This document shows positions 8,140 through 16,767 of a stretch of DNA of 64,000 nt, piece by piece. The stretch is from contig JAQXDW010000052.1 in the NCBI GenBank assembly GCA_029251165.1, positions 1,736-65,735 of the forward strand, read 5' to 3'. How positions within the stretch are numbered: position 1 is the first letter of the stretch; each line of letters begins with the position of its first letter. Origin of the DNA: Myxococcota bacterium. GTDB taxonomy: Bacteria; Myxococcota_A; UBA796. The position numbers and the translations under genes are program-made. Under the pieces are notes generated by a model. It saw only the letters and a list, made by a program, of their open reading frames with translations. It had not been told where the DNA came from and did not search any database.

Positions 8140-8544
8140 TCAAAAGTCATTCGGGCCACTTACCCAAGGCACACTCGTCCCAACATTGTAGTGGAGTGTG
8201 ACGCCGTTGTTGCCATGCTTCTTGTTCACTCGTTTCATCTGCCAGAACCAGACCTTGACCGCAACCGACAGAATCACACCAAGTCCCGGAATACTGAGAT
8301 TGCCGAGGTTTGAGAGGATTGCCAGTAAATCCTCCGTAGACTTTGACGACTCAACCTCCTGATTGGACAAACGCACAACGAAGCCTGTTGGGACTCCAAG
8401 CAATTTCTTGGTCTTAGCCTTAGCCAACGCAGATTCCTCCGTCCCCCTATAGAGCCTGCTGGGGAGTAGGACACCCCTGTCGAGCGGTTCGCACCCTGAC
8501 AAGGGATGCGGGAAGACCATGCTGGCTGCCCGCCAGCCGATCAC
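8140..8544 (-). CDS. hypothetical protein in low-GC islet with one C-terminal hydrophobic segment
   Basis: 134-aa ORF with lower GC than its surroundings. Hydrophobic segment IPGLGVILSVAVKVWFW. Alternative start MVFPHPL at 8520. Confidence 0.45.
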   Translation of the reverse strand: MIGWRAASMVFPHPLSGCEPLDRGVLLPSRLYRGTEESALAKAKTKKLLGVPTGFVVRLSNQEVESSKSTEDLLAILSNLGNLSIPGLGVILSVAVKVWFWQMKRVNKKHGNNGVTLHYNVGTSVPWVSGPNDF

Positions 8545-8590
8545 AACCCAGCCTGATCAGCCCCCCCGCAGCCCCACCAGACCGATGATA

Positions 8591-9289
8591 CTAAATGGAG
8601 AACCTTCGCTTTGACCCGGCCATGAAGAACGCCAGCCGCCGCCGCTCCATGTTGATGGCGAAGAGCAGGAAGCCGCCGATGAGCAGGAGATTGAGCGACG
8701 TCGTGCCGATGCCGATCGCCAGGAAGCCCCAGGCGAACCACTTCGAGATGTTCAGCGCCTGCTTGGTCGCCTGGAAGCGTCCCTTGCGACGAGAAAGCCA
8801 CGCCCGCAGCACCCGCCCGCCGTCCATGGGGAAGGCCGGGATGAGGTTGAAGATGCCCAGCGCCAGGTTCATCGCCGCGAACAGGCCCGCTCCAGGAACC
8901 CCCAGCAGCGCCAGGGGCAGCGCAATGAGAGCCAGCGCGCCGTTGACCGCCGGACCCGCCAGGGCGATCCACAGCTCCTCGCTGGAGCGCGTCGGCTCTC
9001 GGGCCAGCGCGGCCACACCGCCGAACGGGTAGAGGGTGATGGAGCGGGTGAGGATGCCAAACCGCCGGGCAGTCAGGGCATGTCCGAGCTCATGCAGCAG
9101 CACCGAGCCGAACAGCGCGAGCCCGAAGACCAGCGTCATCGCGGCGCTGGTCAGCCCCGAGCGGACCAGCTCGACGCTGACGAACACCGCCGCGAGGACC
9201 AGGAAGGAGGAGTGCAGGCGAATGGGGATGCCGCGAACGGAGAACAGCGTCATGTGACCAGACCTCGATGCGAAGGAAGCGTCTTGCAT
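8591..9289 (-). CDS. M50 family (site-2 protease-like) zinc metalloprotease
   Basis: HELGH zinc motif (SVLLHELGHALTARRFG), downstream NLIPAFPMDGG motif, multiple TM helices. Alternative start MTLFSV at 9253. Confidence 0.85.
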   Translation of the reverse strand: MQDASFASRSGHMTLFSVRGIPIRLHSSFLVLAAVFVSVELVRSGLTSAAMTLVFGLALFGSVLLHELGHALTARRFGILTRSITLYPFGGVAALAREPTRSSEELWIALAGPAVNGALALIALPLALLGVPGAGLFAAMNLALGIFNLIPAFPMDGGRVLRAWLSRRKGRFQATKQALNISKWFAWGFLAIGIGTTSLNLLLIGGFLLFAINMERRRLAFFMAGSKRRFSI

Positions 9290-9540
9290 CTACCTCTCCA
9301 CCTGCCGAGCGATGTCAATGCCCTCGATGTCGCGAGATGTCATGGTTAAAAGCCTACCCTGACAAAAACGTCTCGCGACAATTTTTACAGTACGGCCCAC
9401 CACCCCGACATATTGCCGTCGCCGCGACCTGGACCGGGAAGACCCCCTGCGTGTTCAGTGCACATTACATTGATTCGGACATTAATAGACCGGATCTACC
9501 CCACTGTTCCCACTACATTGATGAAGAACAGGAGGCAGTC

Positions 9541-9759
9541 ATGGATCAGGAACGCGGTCAGATTCGACTTCGCTGGATCATCACCTGCGGCACCTGTGCC
9601 GATGCACAGGAATTCTACGGTCTCAACGACAGCGGCTCAAAGCTCGCGCGTCAGGCCGGCTGGCAGTACACCCTCGCGCGGGGCTACTGCTGCCCGGACT
9701 GCTCTGCGGAGGCTGCTGGAGCCCTGGCGGCGTCTGGAGTCACCGCCCAGGCCGCCTGA
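9541..9759 (+). CDS. small CxxC...CxxC (zinc-ribbon-like) protein
   Basis: AGGAGG 6 nt upstream of the ATG at 9541. MDQERGQIRLRWIITCGTCADAQEFYGLN...YCCPDCSAEAAG. The longer track ORF from 9268 has a non-coding-looking N-terminus. Confidence 0.5.
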   Translation: MDQERGQIRLRWIITCGTCADAQEFYGLNDSGSKLARQAGWQYTLARGYCCPDCSAEAAGALAASGVTAQAA

Positions 9760-9798
9760 GGCCAGGATGCAGGACAGCCAGGCTCAGGACCGCTAGGC

Positions 9799-10695
9799 TC
9801 AGTACATCCAGGGAAACTTCTTGAAGTCCATGTCCCGCTTCTCCAGGAAGGCGTCTCGGCCTTCCTGCGCTTCATCAGTGGCGTATGCCAGCCGGGTGGC
9901 CTCTCCAGCGAACACCTGCTGGCCAACCAGCCCGTCGTCGATGAGGTTGAAGGCAAACTTCAGCATGCGCTGAGCGGTCGGAGACTTGGCGTTGACCTCG
10001 GCGGCCCACTCCAGGGCGACCTCTTCGAGCTGGTCGTGCTCGACCACCGCATTGGCCATGCCCATGTCAAAGGCCTCCTGGGCGGAGTAGTTGCGGCCCA
10101 GGAAGAAGATCTCTCTCGCGCGCTTCTGGCCGACCTGGCGGGCGAGGTAGGCCGATCCAAAGCCTCCATCAAAGCTGGCGACGTTGGCGTCGGTCTGCTT
10201 GAAGATCGCGTGCTCTCGGCTGGCCAGCGTCAGGTCGCAGACCACGTGCAGGCTGTGGCCACCCCCGACCGCCCAGCCCGGCACCACGGCGATGACGACC
10301 TTGGGCATGAAGCGAATGAGGCGCTGGACCTCGAGGATGTGCAGTCGGCCGAGGCGCGCGGGATCGATGACGGTCTTCTCGTCGTCGGAGTACTTGTAGC
10401 CATCCCGGCCACGGATCCGCTGATCGCCGCCGCTGCAGAAGGCCCAGCCGCCGTCCTTGGGGGAGGGTCCGTTGCCAGTGAGCAGCACGCAGCCGACGTC
10501 GGAGGTCTGCCGTGCATGATCGAGCGCGACGAACAGCTCATCGACCGTGCGCGGGCGGAAGGCGTTGCGAACCTCGGGGCGATTGAACGCGATGCGAACG
10601 GTGCCCTGATCGACGGCCCGGTGGTAGGTGATGTCGGTGAAGGCGAAGCCCTCGACGGGCTCCCAGCGGGCGGGATTGAAGATGTCGGAGACCAC
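9799..10695 (-). CDS. menB: 1,4-dihydroxy-2-naphthoyl-CoA synthase
   Basis: Full-length similarity to MenB as I recall it: RPEVRNAFRP, LLTGNGPSPKDGGWAFCSGGDQ, VPGWAVGGGHSLHVVCDLT, C-terminal DFKKFPW. Confidence 0.95.
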   Translation of the reverse strand: MVSDIFNPARWEPVEGFAFTDITYHRAVDQGTVRIAFNRPEVRNAFRPRTVDELFVALDHARQTSDVGCVLLTGNGPSPKDGGWAFCSGGDQRIRGRDGYKYSDDEKTVIDPARLGRLHILEVQRLIRFMPKVVIAVVPGWAVGGGHSLHVVCDLTLASREHAIFKQTDANVASFDGGFGSAYLARQVGQKRAREIFFLGRNYSAQEAFDMGMANAVVEHDQLEEVALEWAAEVNAKSPTAQRMLKFAFNLIDDGLVGQQVFAGEATRLAYATDEAQEGRDAFLEKRDMDFKKFPWMY

Positions 10696-10747
10696 GGCTC
10701 CCTCCTGTGATGGCAGGGAGAGTCATATCCGCTTCCGCGCTGCTGGG

Positions 10748-11440
10748 TCAGTCGTCGCGGCCGCCGAGCAGCCCAGCCCGCATCGCCCAGTAGAGGAGCT
10801 GGAGGATCGCAGAGACCGCAGCCGCGAGGTAGGTCGCAGCAGCGGCTGTCAGCACCGCAGAGACGCCCCTTGCCTCCTGCTCGGTGACGATGCCGGTCTC
10901 CAGGAGCGCCTTGCGGGCTCGGAAGGAGGCATCAAACTCAACGGGCAGGGTCACGAGGGTAAACAACACGAAGCCTGCGAACAGCCCGACTCCGATCTTC
11001 GCCAGCCCTGTGATGCCTGTGAACACCCCCGCGATGACAATCCAGACGCCGAGGTTGGTGCCGATGTTGGCGACCGGGACCATCTTCTGCCGGAGGGCCA
11101 TCGGGGCGTAGCCCTCCGCATGCTGGACGGCATGGCCGACCTCATGGGCCGCGATGCCGGCAGCGGTGATCGAGCGTCCAGAGTAGTTGGCGGGAGACAG
11201 CCGCAGCGTGCGAGACGACGGATCGTAGTGATCGGAGAGCACACCGCCGACCTGCTCGATGGTGACGTCGTGGATGCCACGAACCCGGAGGATCGCTGCG
11301 GCGACATCTGCACCAGTCAGCCCTCGTCCGATGGGCACGCGGTCCCACTTGGCGGTGGACGCCTTGACCCAGGCCTGGGCCCCCAAGCTCAGCACAAGGC
11401 CGAGCCCCATCACGAGCATGTAGAGCGGATCGAACATCAT
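10748..11440 (-). CDS. membrane zinc metallopeptidase (YugP/Zn_peptidase_2-like)
   Basis: N-terminal TM helix, HEVGHAVQH motif, C-terminal TM helices. Architecture typical of the putative neutral zinc metallopeptidase family. Confidence 0.9.
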   Translation of the reverse strand: MMFDPLYMLVMGLGLVLSLGAQAWVKASTAKWDRVPIGRGLTGADVAAAILRVRGIHDVTIEQVGGVLSDHYDPSSRTLRLSPANYSGRSITAAGIAAHEVGHAVQHAEGYAPMALRQKMVPVANIGTNLGVWIVIAGVFTGITGLAKIGVGLFAGFVLFTLVTLPVEFDASFRARKALLETGIVTEQEARGVSAVLTAAAATYLAAAVSAILQLLYWAMRAGLLGGRDD

Positions 11441-11479
11441 GAAGGGATCGTAATCACGGGACCTGACCGCGACGAGCGC

Positions 11480-12934
11480 TCAGTCCTGGATGCGGGCGAT
11501 CGCCTGCTCCAGCTGCTGGCGGTTGAACGGCTTGATGACGATTCGATCGGCATGCTTTGCGATAAAGCGCTGCGACTCCGCAGCCCAGGCACCGCCCGTG
11601 GTGAACAAGATGCGTGCGGCCTGCTCCGGGTGCTCGATCTCGAGCCGCTCGAACAGCGCCATGCCCGTCATACCTGGCATCTTCAAATCGCAGATAATGA
11701 GGTCAAAGGTTTGCTCCGCGAGGATCTCCAGGGCCTCCGCACCAGAGCCGGTGGTCGTGACGTCGTGGCTGCGAAGGAGCCGAACAAGTGAGCGGGAGAC
11801 CCGAGGCTCGTCATCGACGATCAGCACTCGCATCAGCGCCTTGTCCGTCGTTGGTGTCGCGTGCTGGGGATTTACAGACTGGAGGAGGATGGTCGCCACT
11901 GCGCCGCGGCCTCGATGCCGGTTGGCGACCGTCAGTGAGCCACCGAGGCCACGGACGATCCGCTCCGCAGCGGGCAGACCCAGACCCAGACCCAGACCAT
12001 TGCTCAGCGGGCGGACACAGAACAGCGGCTCCAGCACCCGAGGCAGGTCCGCCTCCGCGATGCTGCTCCCCTCATCCATGATCCAGAGCTGCGTCATCTC
12101 TTGGGCAGGGCGAGCCCGGATCTTGATCACCGCCCCTGCCGGACAGGTCAATCCGGCATCGCGGAGGATGTAGGCGAGGGCCTCCACGAGCCCAGGAGTG
12201 GCGAATACCTGGAGGTCCTCAGAGGATGGCTCTCGATGGATCTGGATGTGCTTGAGGGCTTCCTGCTCGAGCACAATCGCGCGGTCCAGCAGCACGGACA
12301 TCGACATCGACACCCGCCGCTCATCGTCTCGCTGCGAGAGCTTCAAGAGCTCTCCGACCGTGCCGCGAATGACCTCCCGCCCCTCGGCCAGCTCCTTTAT
12401 GCGGGAGTCAGTGGGCGCGCTGGGAAGCCCGCGCGCATGCTCCAGCATCCAGACCAGCGGGTTGCTGATCTCGTGCGCGCTGTCAGCGACGGCGGGGTCG
12501 ATGGCCTCCCCCAGAGAGGCTGAGCGCCGGGAGAGCGCGCGTCGGTGGACAAGCATCCACTGCATCTCTCCGTCAGCGTCCTTCAGCGGCATGACCGTGA
12601 CGGCGTGCTCGACGCACGAGCCATCCTTTCGGCGGCTGGTAATAGAGGTACAGACCACTTCTCCCCGGCTCAGGCGGGCATCCAGCTCCTCGAAGACCGC
12701 CGGGGGCTGACTGTCACTCCAGAGGAGTGCGGAAGATGCCTGGCCAAGCAGCTCTGAGAGGGTGTAGCCAAACGCCGCCACGAAGGCTGGGTTGGCAAAG
12801 AGGAGAACCCCGTCACAGCGGACGAGCTCTACTGCATCCGGATACTCCAAGGCCGCGCGAGCCAGAAGCCGCAGGGGCCATGGAAGCACATCGATCACTG
12901 CGGTGGGGGTATGCTCACCCAAAGGAACTCTCAC
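11480..12934 (-). CDS. hybrid sensor histidine kinase/response regulator (PAS-HisKA-HATPase-REC)
   Basis: PAS-like N-terminus, H-box SAHEISNPL, G2 box GLGLGLGLPAAERIV, receiver RVLIVDDEP...DLIICDLKMPGMTG. Confidence 0.9.
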   Translation of the reverse strand: MRVPLGEHTPTAVIDVLPWPLRLLARAALEYPDAVELVRCDGVLLFANPAFVAAFGYTLSELLGQASSALLWSDSQPPAVFEELDARLSRGEVVCTSITSRRKDGSCVEHAVTVMPLKDADGEMQWMLVHRRALSRRSASLGEAIDPAVADSAHEISNPLVWMLEHARGLPSAPTDSRIKELAEGREVIRGTVGELLKLSQRDDERRVSMSMSVLLDRAIVLEQEALKHIQIHREPSSEDLQVFATPGLVEALAYILRDAGLTCPAGAVIKIRARPAQEMTQLWIMDEGSSIAEADLPRVLEPLFCVRPLSNGLGLGLGLPAAERIVRGLGGSLTVANRHRGRGAVATILLQSVNPQHATPTTDKALMRVLIVDDEPRVSRSLVRLLRSHDVTTTGSGAEALEILAEQTFDLIICDLKMPGMTGMALFERLEIEHPEQAARILFTTGGAWAAESQRFIAKHADRIVIKPFNRQQLEQAIARIQD

Positions 12935-12974
12935 AACTGGAAGGCTCTGCAGCTTTTTATGGGAGGACTACCCA

Positions 12975-14150
12975 ATGCGCTTGCTCATCTCTCTTGCTTT
13001 TATACTCACGCTGGCCTGTAGCGGTCTGGACACCCCTGACGCTCCGCCTCGTGAGATCCCCGGTCAGGCGCCCACCCCTGCCCTCGAGCAGGACGGCACC
13101 TCAGCGCCGCTGCCGTCCGTGCCGCTCACGAGCCTCCCGGAGTGGATCAGCAGCGGTGCCTGCAGCATGCCGCAGATCCTCGATGCCGATGCTGCCCTGC
13201 AGGAGAGCGACGCCTCAGGCCCGCTCCACAACGGACTGCTGCTGTGCGAGGTCGCATTCTCTGGGACACCGCCCAAAGGTCGGCGCTGGGATGCTTTCGG
13301 CGGTAACCCTGATCCGAGCATCCACATCAACGACCTCCCCTCGGCCTGTGCGTACGATACCCACGACGTCACCCTCTCCTGGCAGGGGGTGACCCTGGCC
13401 ACTGGAGACCCGATCGAGGTGAGTGCATACGATCGCGATCTCCGTCACGACGACGACGCAGGCACGGACAGCACGCCGCTCGAAGACTGGCCCGTGCGCC
13501 TGAAGGGGAGTCACTTCGCGATGACCTGTGGGGCACTCACAGAGGCCGCAGTCCAGGCTCGGCTGCCCGGCCGGATCGCGGACGCCCGCGCGGCGCTCTC
13601 GGTCCTCCAGCAGGCCATGCAACCAGAGCCGCTGGCTGAGAACTGGGGCTGGCCTGATGATGCTGAGCGCATCGCCCGTCGCCACCTCGAAGACGTCGCT
13701 GGCCACATCAGCTGGACCGCCGCACCCGCCCGCGCGCTGCTGGCCAATGAGGCCGGCATCCAGGCCCGCTGGGAAGACACCGTGGCCGCCTCAATAGAGC
13801 AGACCCGTGCCGGACTCTCTTCGACTGCGGACCTCGGCCAGGGCCTGTCCGTCACGGTCTCCGAGATCAGCTGTGGCTACAGCTGCACCGTGACCCTCAC
13901 GCTGCACAACCAAGGGGCTCTGGTCACCCTCACACCAGGAACCGACTGGGGCGCATGGCTCATCACCCCGCACGGACGAGACGTGGAGCTGATGATGCAA
14001 GAGAGCCTGCCGGGCGACGCGCTCACCCTGACGAACGGCCAGCAGACCACGCTGCGCCTCCAGCAGACCTCCAACGAGGCAACCGATCGATCAATGATAA
14101 GGATTAAGGCACTTAATCGTCACCACATTCTTGCAATTCCGAGCCCCTGA
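12975..14150 (+). CDS. hypothetical lipoprotein
   Basis: GGGAGGA RBS at 12961-12967, ATG at 12975, MRLLISLAFILTLACSG lipobox. High GC3 throughout. Confidence 0.7.
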   Translation: MRLLISLAFILTLACSGLDTPDAPPREIPGQAPTPALEQDGTSAPLPSVPLTSLPEWISSGACSMPQILDADAALQESDASGPLHNGLLLCEVAFSGTPPKGRRWDAFGGNPDPSIHINDLPSACAYDTHDVTLSWQGVTLATGDPIEVSAYDRDLRHDDDAGTDSTPLEDWPVRLKGSHFAMTCGALTEAAVQARLPGRIADARAALSVLQQAMQPEPLAENWGWPDDAERIARRHLEDVAGHISWTAAPARALLANEAGIQARWEDTVAASIEQTRAGLSSTADLGQGLSVTVSEISCGYSCTVTLTLHNQGALVTLTPGTDWGAWLITPHGRDVELMMQESLPGDALTLTNGQQTTLRLQQTSNEATDRSMIRIKALNRHHILAIPSP

Positions 14151-14232
14151 AACCTGGAAGAGGCAAGGAGTCCTGGACTGCTCACCTGTTCTCCTCGACG
14201 TGATACAATCCACTGCATCCCGGAGGCTCTAC

Positions 14233-14799
14233 ATGCTCGGAACGCGGCAGCAGGAAAAGCTCGATCGTCTCTTTCAGCTCATCGACATCGACGGCAGCGG
14301 ATTCATCGAATTCAGTGACATGAAGGGGGTAATGAACCGCACCCTCTCCCAGGATGGTCACGACATCGGCTCTCCAGTCTACGATGCTGCGGAGGTCATG
14401 CTGCGCTGGCTCTGGGAAGCCTTCAAGGGCGAAGCCGACACAGACGGCGATCAGAAGATCTCCACCAACGAGTGGAGCACCGTGTGGAGCGCGCAGCTCT
14501 CTGCGGACGAAGATGGTGCTGGCGATGTCCTGTTTGAGGACCTCCCGGCGCTCGTTCGACGCACCCACCTCATCCTCGCTCAGGCGATGGGCATCAACGC
14601 CAACCGTGGCGCAGATCTCGCCACCTACGCGCGCTTTCTCACGCCGTACGGCGTGCCTGTTGCCGCGCAGGCGGAGGCCGCATTCCAGCGCCTCGACCTC
14701 GACGGAAACGGCCTCATCTCCATCGACGAGCTCCAGCAGCTCACCGCAGAGTTCTTCCTGAGTAACGACGATGCCCCGGGCAATTCCCTCTTCGGGTAG
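14233..14799 (+). CDS. EF-hand calcium-binding protein
   Basis: GGAGG RBS before the ATG at 14233. Three canonical EF loops: DIDGSGFIEFSD, DTDGDQKISTNE, DLDGNGLISIDE. Confidence 0.75.
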   Translation: MLGTRQQEKLDRLFQLIDIDGSGFIEFSDMKGVMNRTLSQDGHDIGSPVYDAAEVMLRWLWEAFKGEADTDGDQKISTNEWSTVWSAQLSADEDGAGDVLFEDLPALVRRTHLILAQAMGINANRGADLATYARFLTPYGVPVAAQAEAAFQRLDLDGNGLISIDELQQLTAEFFLSNDDAPGNSLFG

Positions 14800-14802
14800 T
14801 GC

Positions 14803-15522
14803 TCAGGGTGCGGATCTGTAGTGCTGGAGGACCGAGCGGGAGGACCGCACCGCAGCCTCCAGCCGGTTGACCAGCACCCCCTCGTACGACGACACGAGCT
14901 CGGGACAGCCTCCGACATCACCGAAGTCGATGCCGCCGTAGGTTCCAAATGTCTCGGACGCTGGCGCGCGCCAGATCTCTGAGAGCGGGAGGACCACTCC
15001 GCACCCGCTCACCTTGTCGGACTGCACCCTCTCCCAAGTCTCCCAGGCCAGCGCGCTGTGCGCCGCTACGGGATCGAGGGGCACAGCGGGGACCAGGTCG
15101 AGCCCAGCCACCAGCGCATCGACCGGCCAGGACTCAAACCCATCCCGCAGGTCATGGGCGACGGGCACGACGTGCGGTGGAGAGGCCATGTCCTGAACGT
15201 GGTGGAGGATCCCGCCGACGGCCTGCCACAGCGCGGCGGTGTCTCCAGCATCCTGTGCAGCTTGTGCCTCCGCCACAAGGACCACGACCCGCTCATCCGA
15301 GGTACCCCGCCTCGGAAGAACCAGCGCCGCGTCGGGGCGGAAGTAGTGGCTGAAGTGTCGCCACTTGACGTTGAGGTGGGTGTCCTCAGCGCGGTTGCCC
15401 TGCCACAGCCAGCGCTCAAGCTCCTCCATTCCCTCCGCCGCGATGGCCCTGTCGGTGATGGCGCGGTGTGCAGAGAGCCGAAAGGCGGAGGCAGCGGGCA
15501 GGACGGCGAGGAGGAGCAGCAT
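14803..15522 (-). CDS. secreted protein, tentatively phospholipase C/S1-P1 nuclease-like fold
   Basis: Start MLLLLAVLPAASA at 15522 (signal peptide). His/Asp-rich motifs (HRAITDRA, GNRAEDTH, HHVQDMASPPH) are compatible with zinc-dependent PLC/P1 nucleases. The functional call is weak. Confidence 0.55.
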   Translation of the reverse strand: MLLLLAVLPAASAFRLSAHRAITDRAIAAEGMEELERWLWQGNRAEDTHLNVKWRHFSHYFRPDAALVLPRRGTSDERVVVLVAEAQAAQDAGDTAALWQAVGGILHHVQDMASPPHVVPVAHDLRDGFESWPVDALVAGLDLVPAVPLDPVAAHSALAWETWERVQSDKVSGCGVVLPLSEIWRAPASETFGTYGGIDFGDVGGCPELVSSYEGVLVNRLEAAVRSSRSVLQHYRSAP

Positions 15523-15581
15523 GGCAGATCTGAGAACACTCAGGGCGGCATCACGATTCCACACCAGGATAGACTGCCGCG

Positions 15582-16670
15582 ATGAGCACGTCCTCTCGAA
15601 TGCTGGCCCTGGACGCCCTGCGGGGCCTCGCTGTCTTCCTGATGATGGAGCAGCACATCGGTGTCTGGCTCTGGGAGAGTCACGTCTCTCCAAGCCAGTT
15701 CCTCAAGTATCCTGTGTTCGTCGGCTTCAACGCCCTGGGCGGTGGAGCGGCACCCCTGTTCATCACCCTCGCCGGCGTCGGCGGGGTCCTGTTCGCTGCC
15801 AGCCGGTCGCGCAAGGGATGGAGCGAAGGAACGATCGACGTCACCCTCATCAAGCGCGGGCTGGCGGTGATGGGCTTTGGCTACCTGCTCAACGTCCTGA
15901 CGCCCAGCTGGTTCAGCTCGATGTCGTGGTTCGTGCTGCACCTGATGGGCGCAGCGATGCTGCTCGGCCCGATCTGGCGCCGGCTCCCGACGACGGTGCT
16001 GCTGACCATCGCTGCGGCGATCCTGGTGGCGACGACCGGAATCCAGGACTGGCTGGACACTCCCGCGCGGCTGGGCAACAACCGAATGCGCGACACCACC
16101 ATGGCGGGCGGCGCCCTGCGGCTGGCGTTCGCAGAGGGGCAGTTCCCGGTCTTTCCCTGGCTGGCGCTGTTCCTCGGCGGCACCGCGACCGGACGGTGGC
16201 TGCGAGAGAAGAATCTGCGCGCGATCCGACAGCTGGGCGGCTTCGGAGTCGTGGTCGGTGGTGCGCTGGCAGCCGCTTGGGGGCTCGGCCTGACGGGAGA
16301 TGGGCTGCTGATGCGCGCCGGACGGTTCAACGGAACGTTCTACCCCTGCAGCCCGTCGTACATCCTGCTGGTCGGCGGGCTGGTTCAGCTCGGGATCGCC
16401 GGACTGGTCGGCTACGAGCAGCGCAAGGGAATGCGGCCGGGGCTGTGGGTCAGCCTGGGACGGGCGAGCCTGACGCTGCTGCTGGTACACGTCGTGGTGT
16501 TTCGGGAGATCAGCCGGGACTATGGGTTCTGGTCGGCGCTTGAGGCCGGGCCAGCATTTGCTGGAACGCTCGGCGCGATCGGTGCTGCCGCAATCCTCGC
16601 ATGGCTCTGGGGCAAGGTCGGGTACCGGTTCGGAGCGGAGTGGGTGCTGCGGAAGGTTGCCGGAGGCTGA
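15582..16670 (+). CDS. DUF1624/heparan-alpha-glucosaminide N-acetyltransferase-like membrane acyltransferase
   Basis: N-terminal RMLALDALRGLAVFLMM motif and about 9 TM helices. Confidence 0.8.
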   Translation: MSTSSRMLALDALRGLAVFLMMEQHIGVWLWESHVSPSQFLKYPVFVGFNALGGGAAPLFITLAGVGGVLFAASRSRKGWSEGTIDVTLIKRGLAVMGFGYLLNVLTPSWFSSMSWFVLHLMGAAMLLGPIWRRLPTTVLLTIAAAILVATTGIQDWLDTPARLGNNRMRDTTMAGGALRLAFAEGQFPVFPWLALFLGGTATGRWLREKNLRAIRQLGGFGVVVGGALAAAWGLGLTGDGLLMRAGRFNGTFYPCSPSYILLVGGLVQLGIAGLVGYEQRKGMRPGLWVSLGRASLTLLLVHVVVFREISRDYGFWSALEAGPAFAGTLGAIGAAAILAWLWGKVGYRFGAEWVLRKVAGG

Positions 16671-16767
16671 GCCCGCTGCCGACCGAGCCGCCCCCAAGAC
16701 AACGCTCACCGCCTCGCACGTACCGAACCTGACACCGCCTACACCACCCCTGTCCCCAGAGTGTTCA

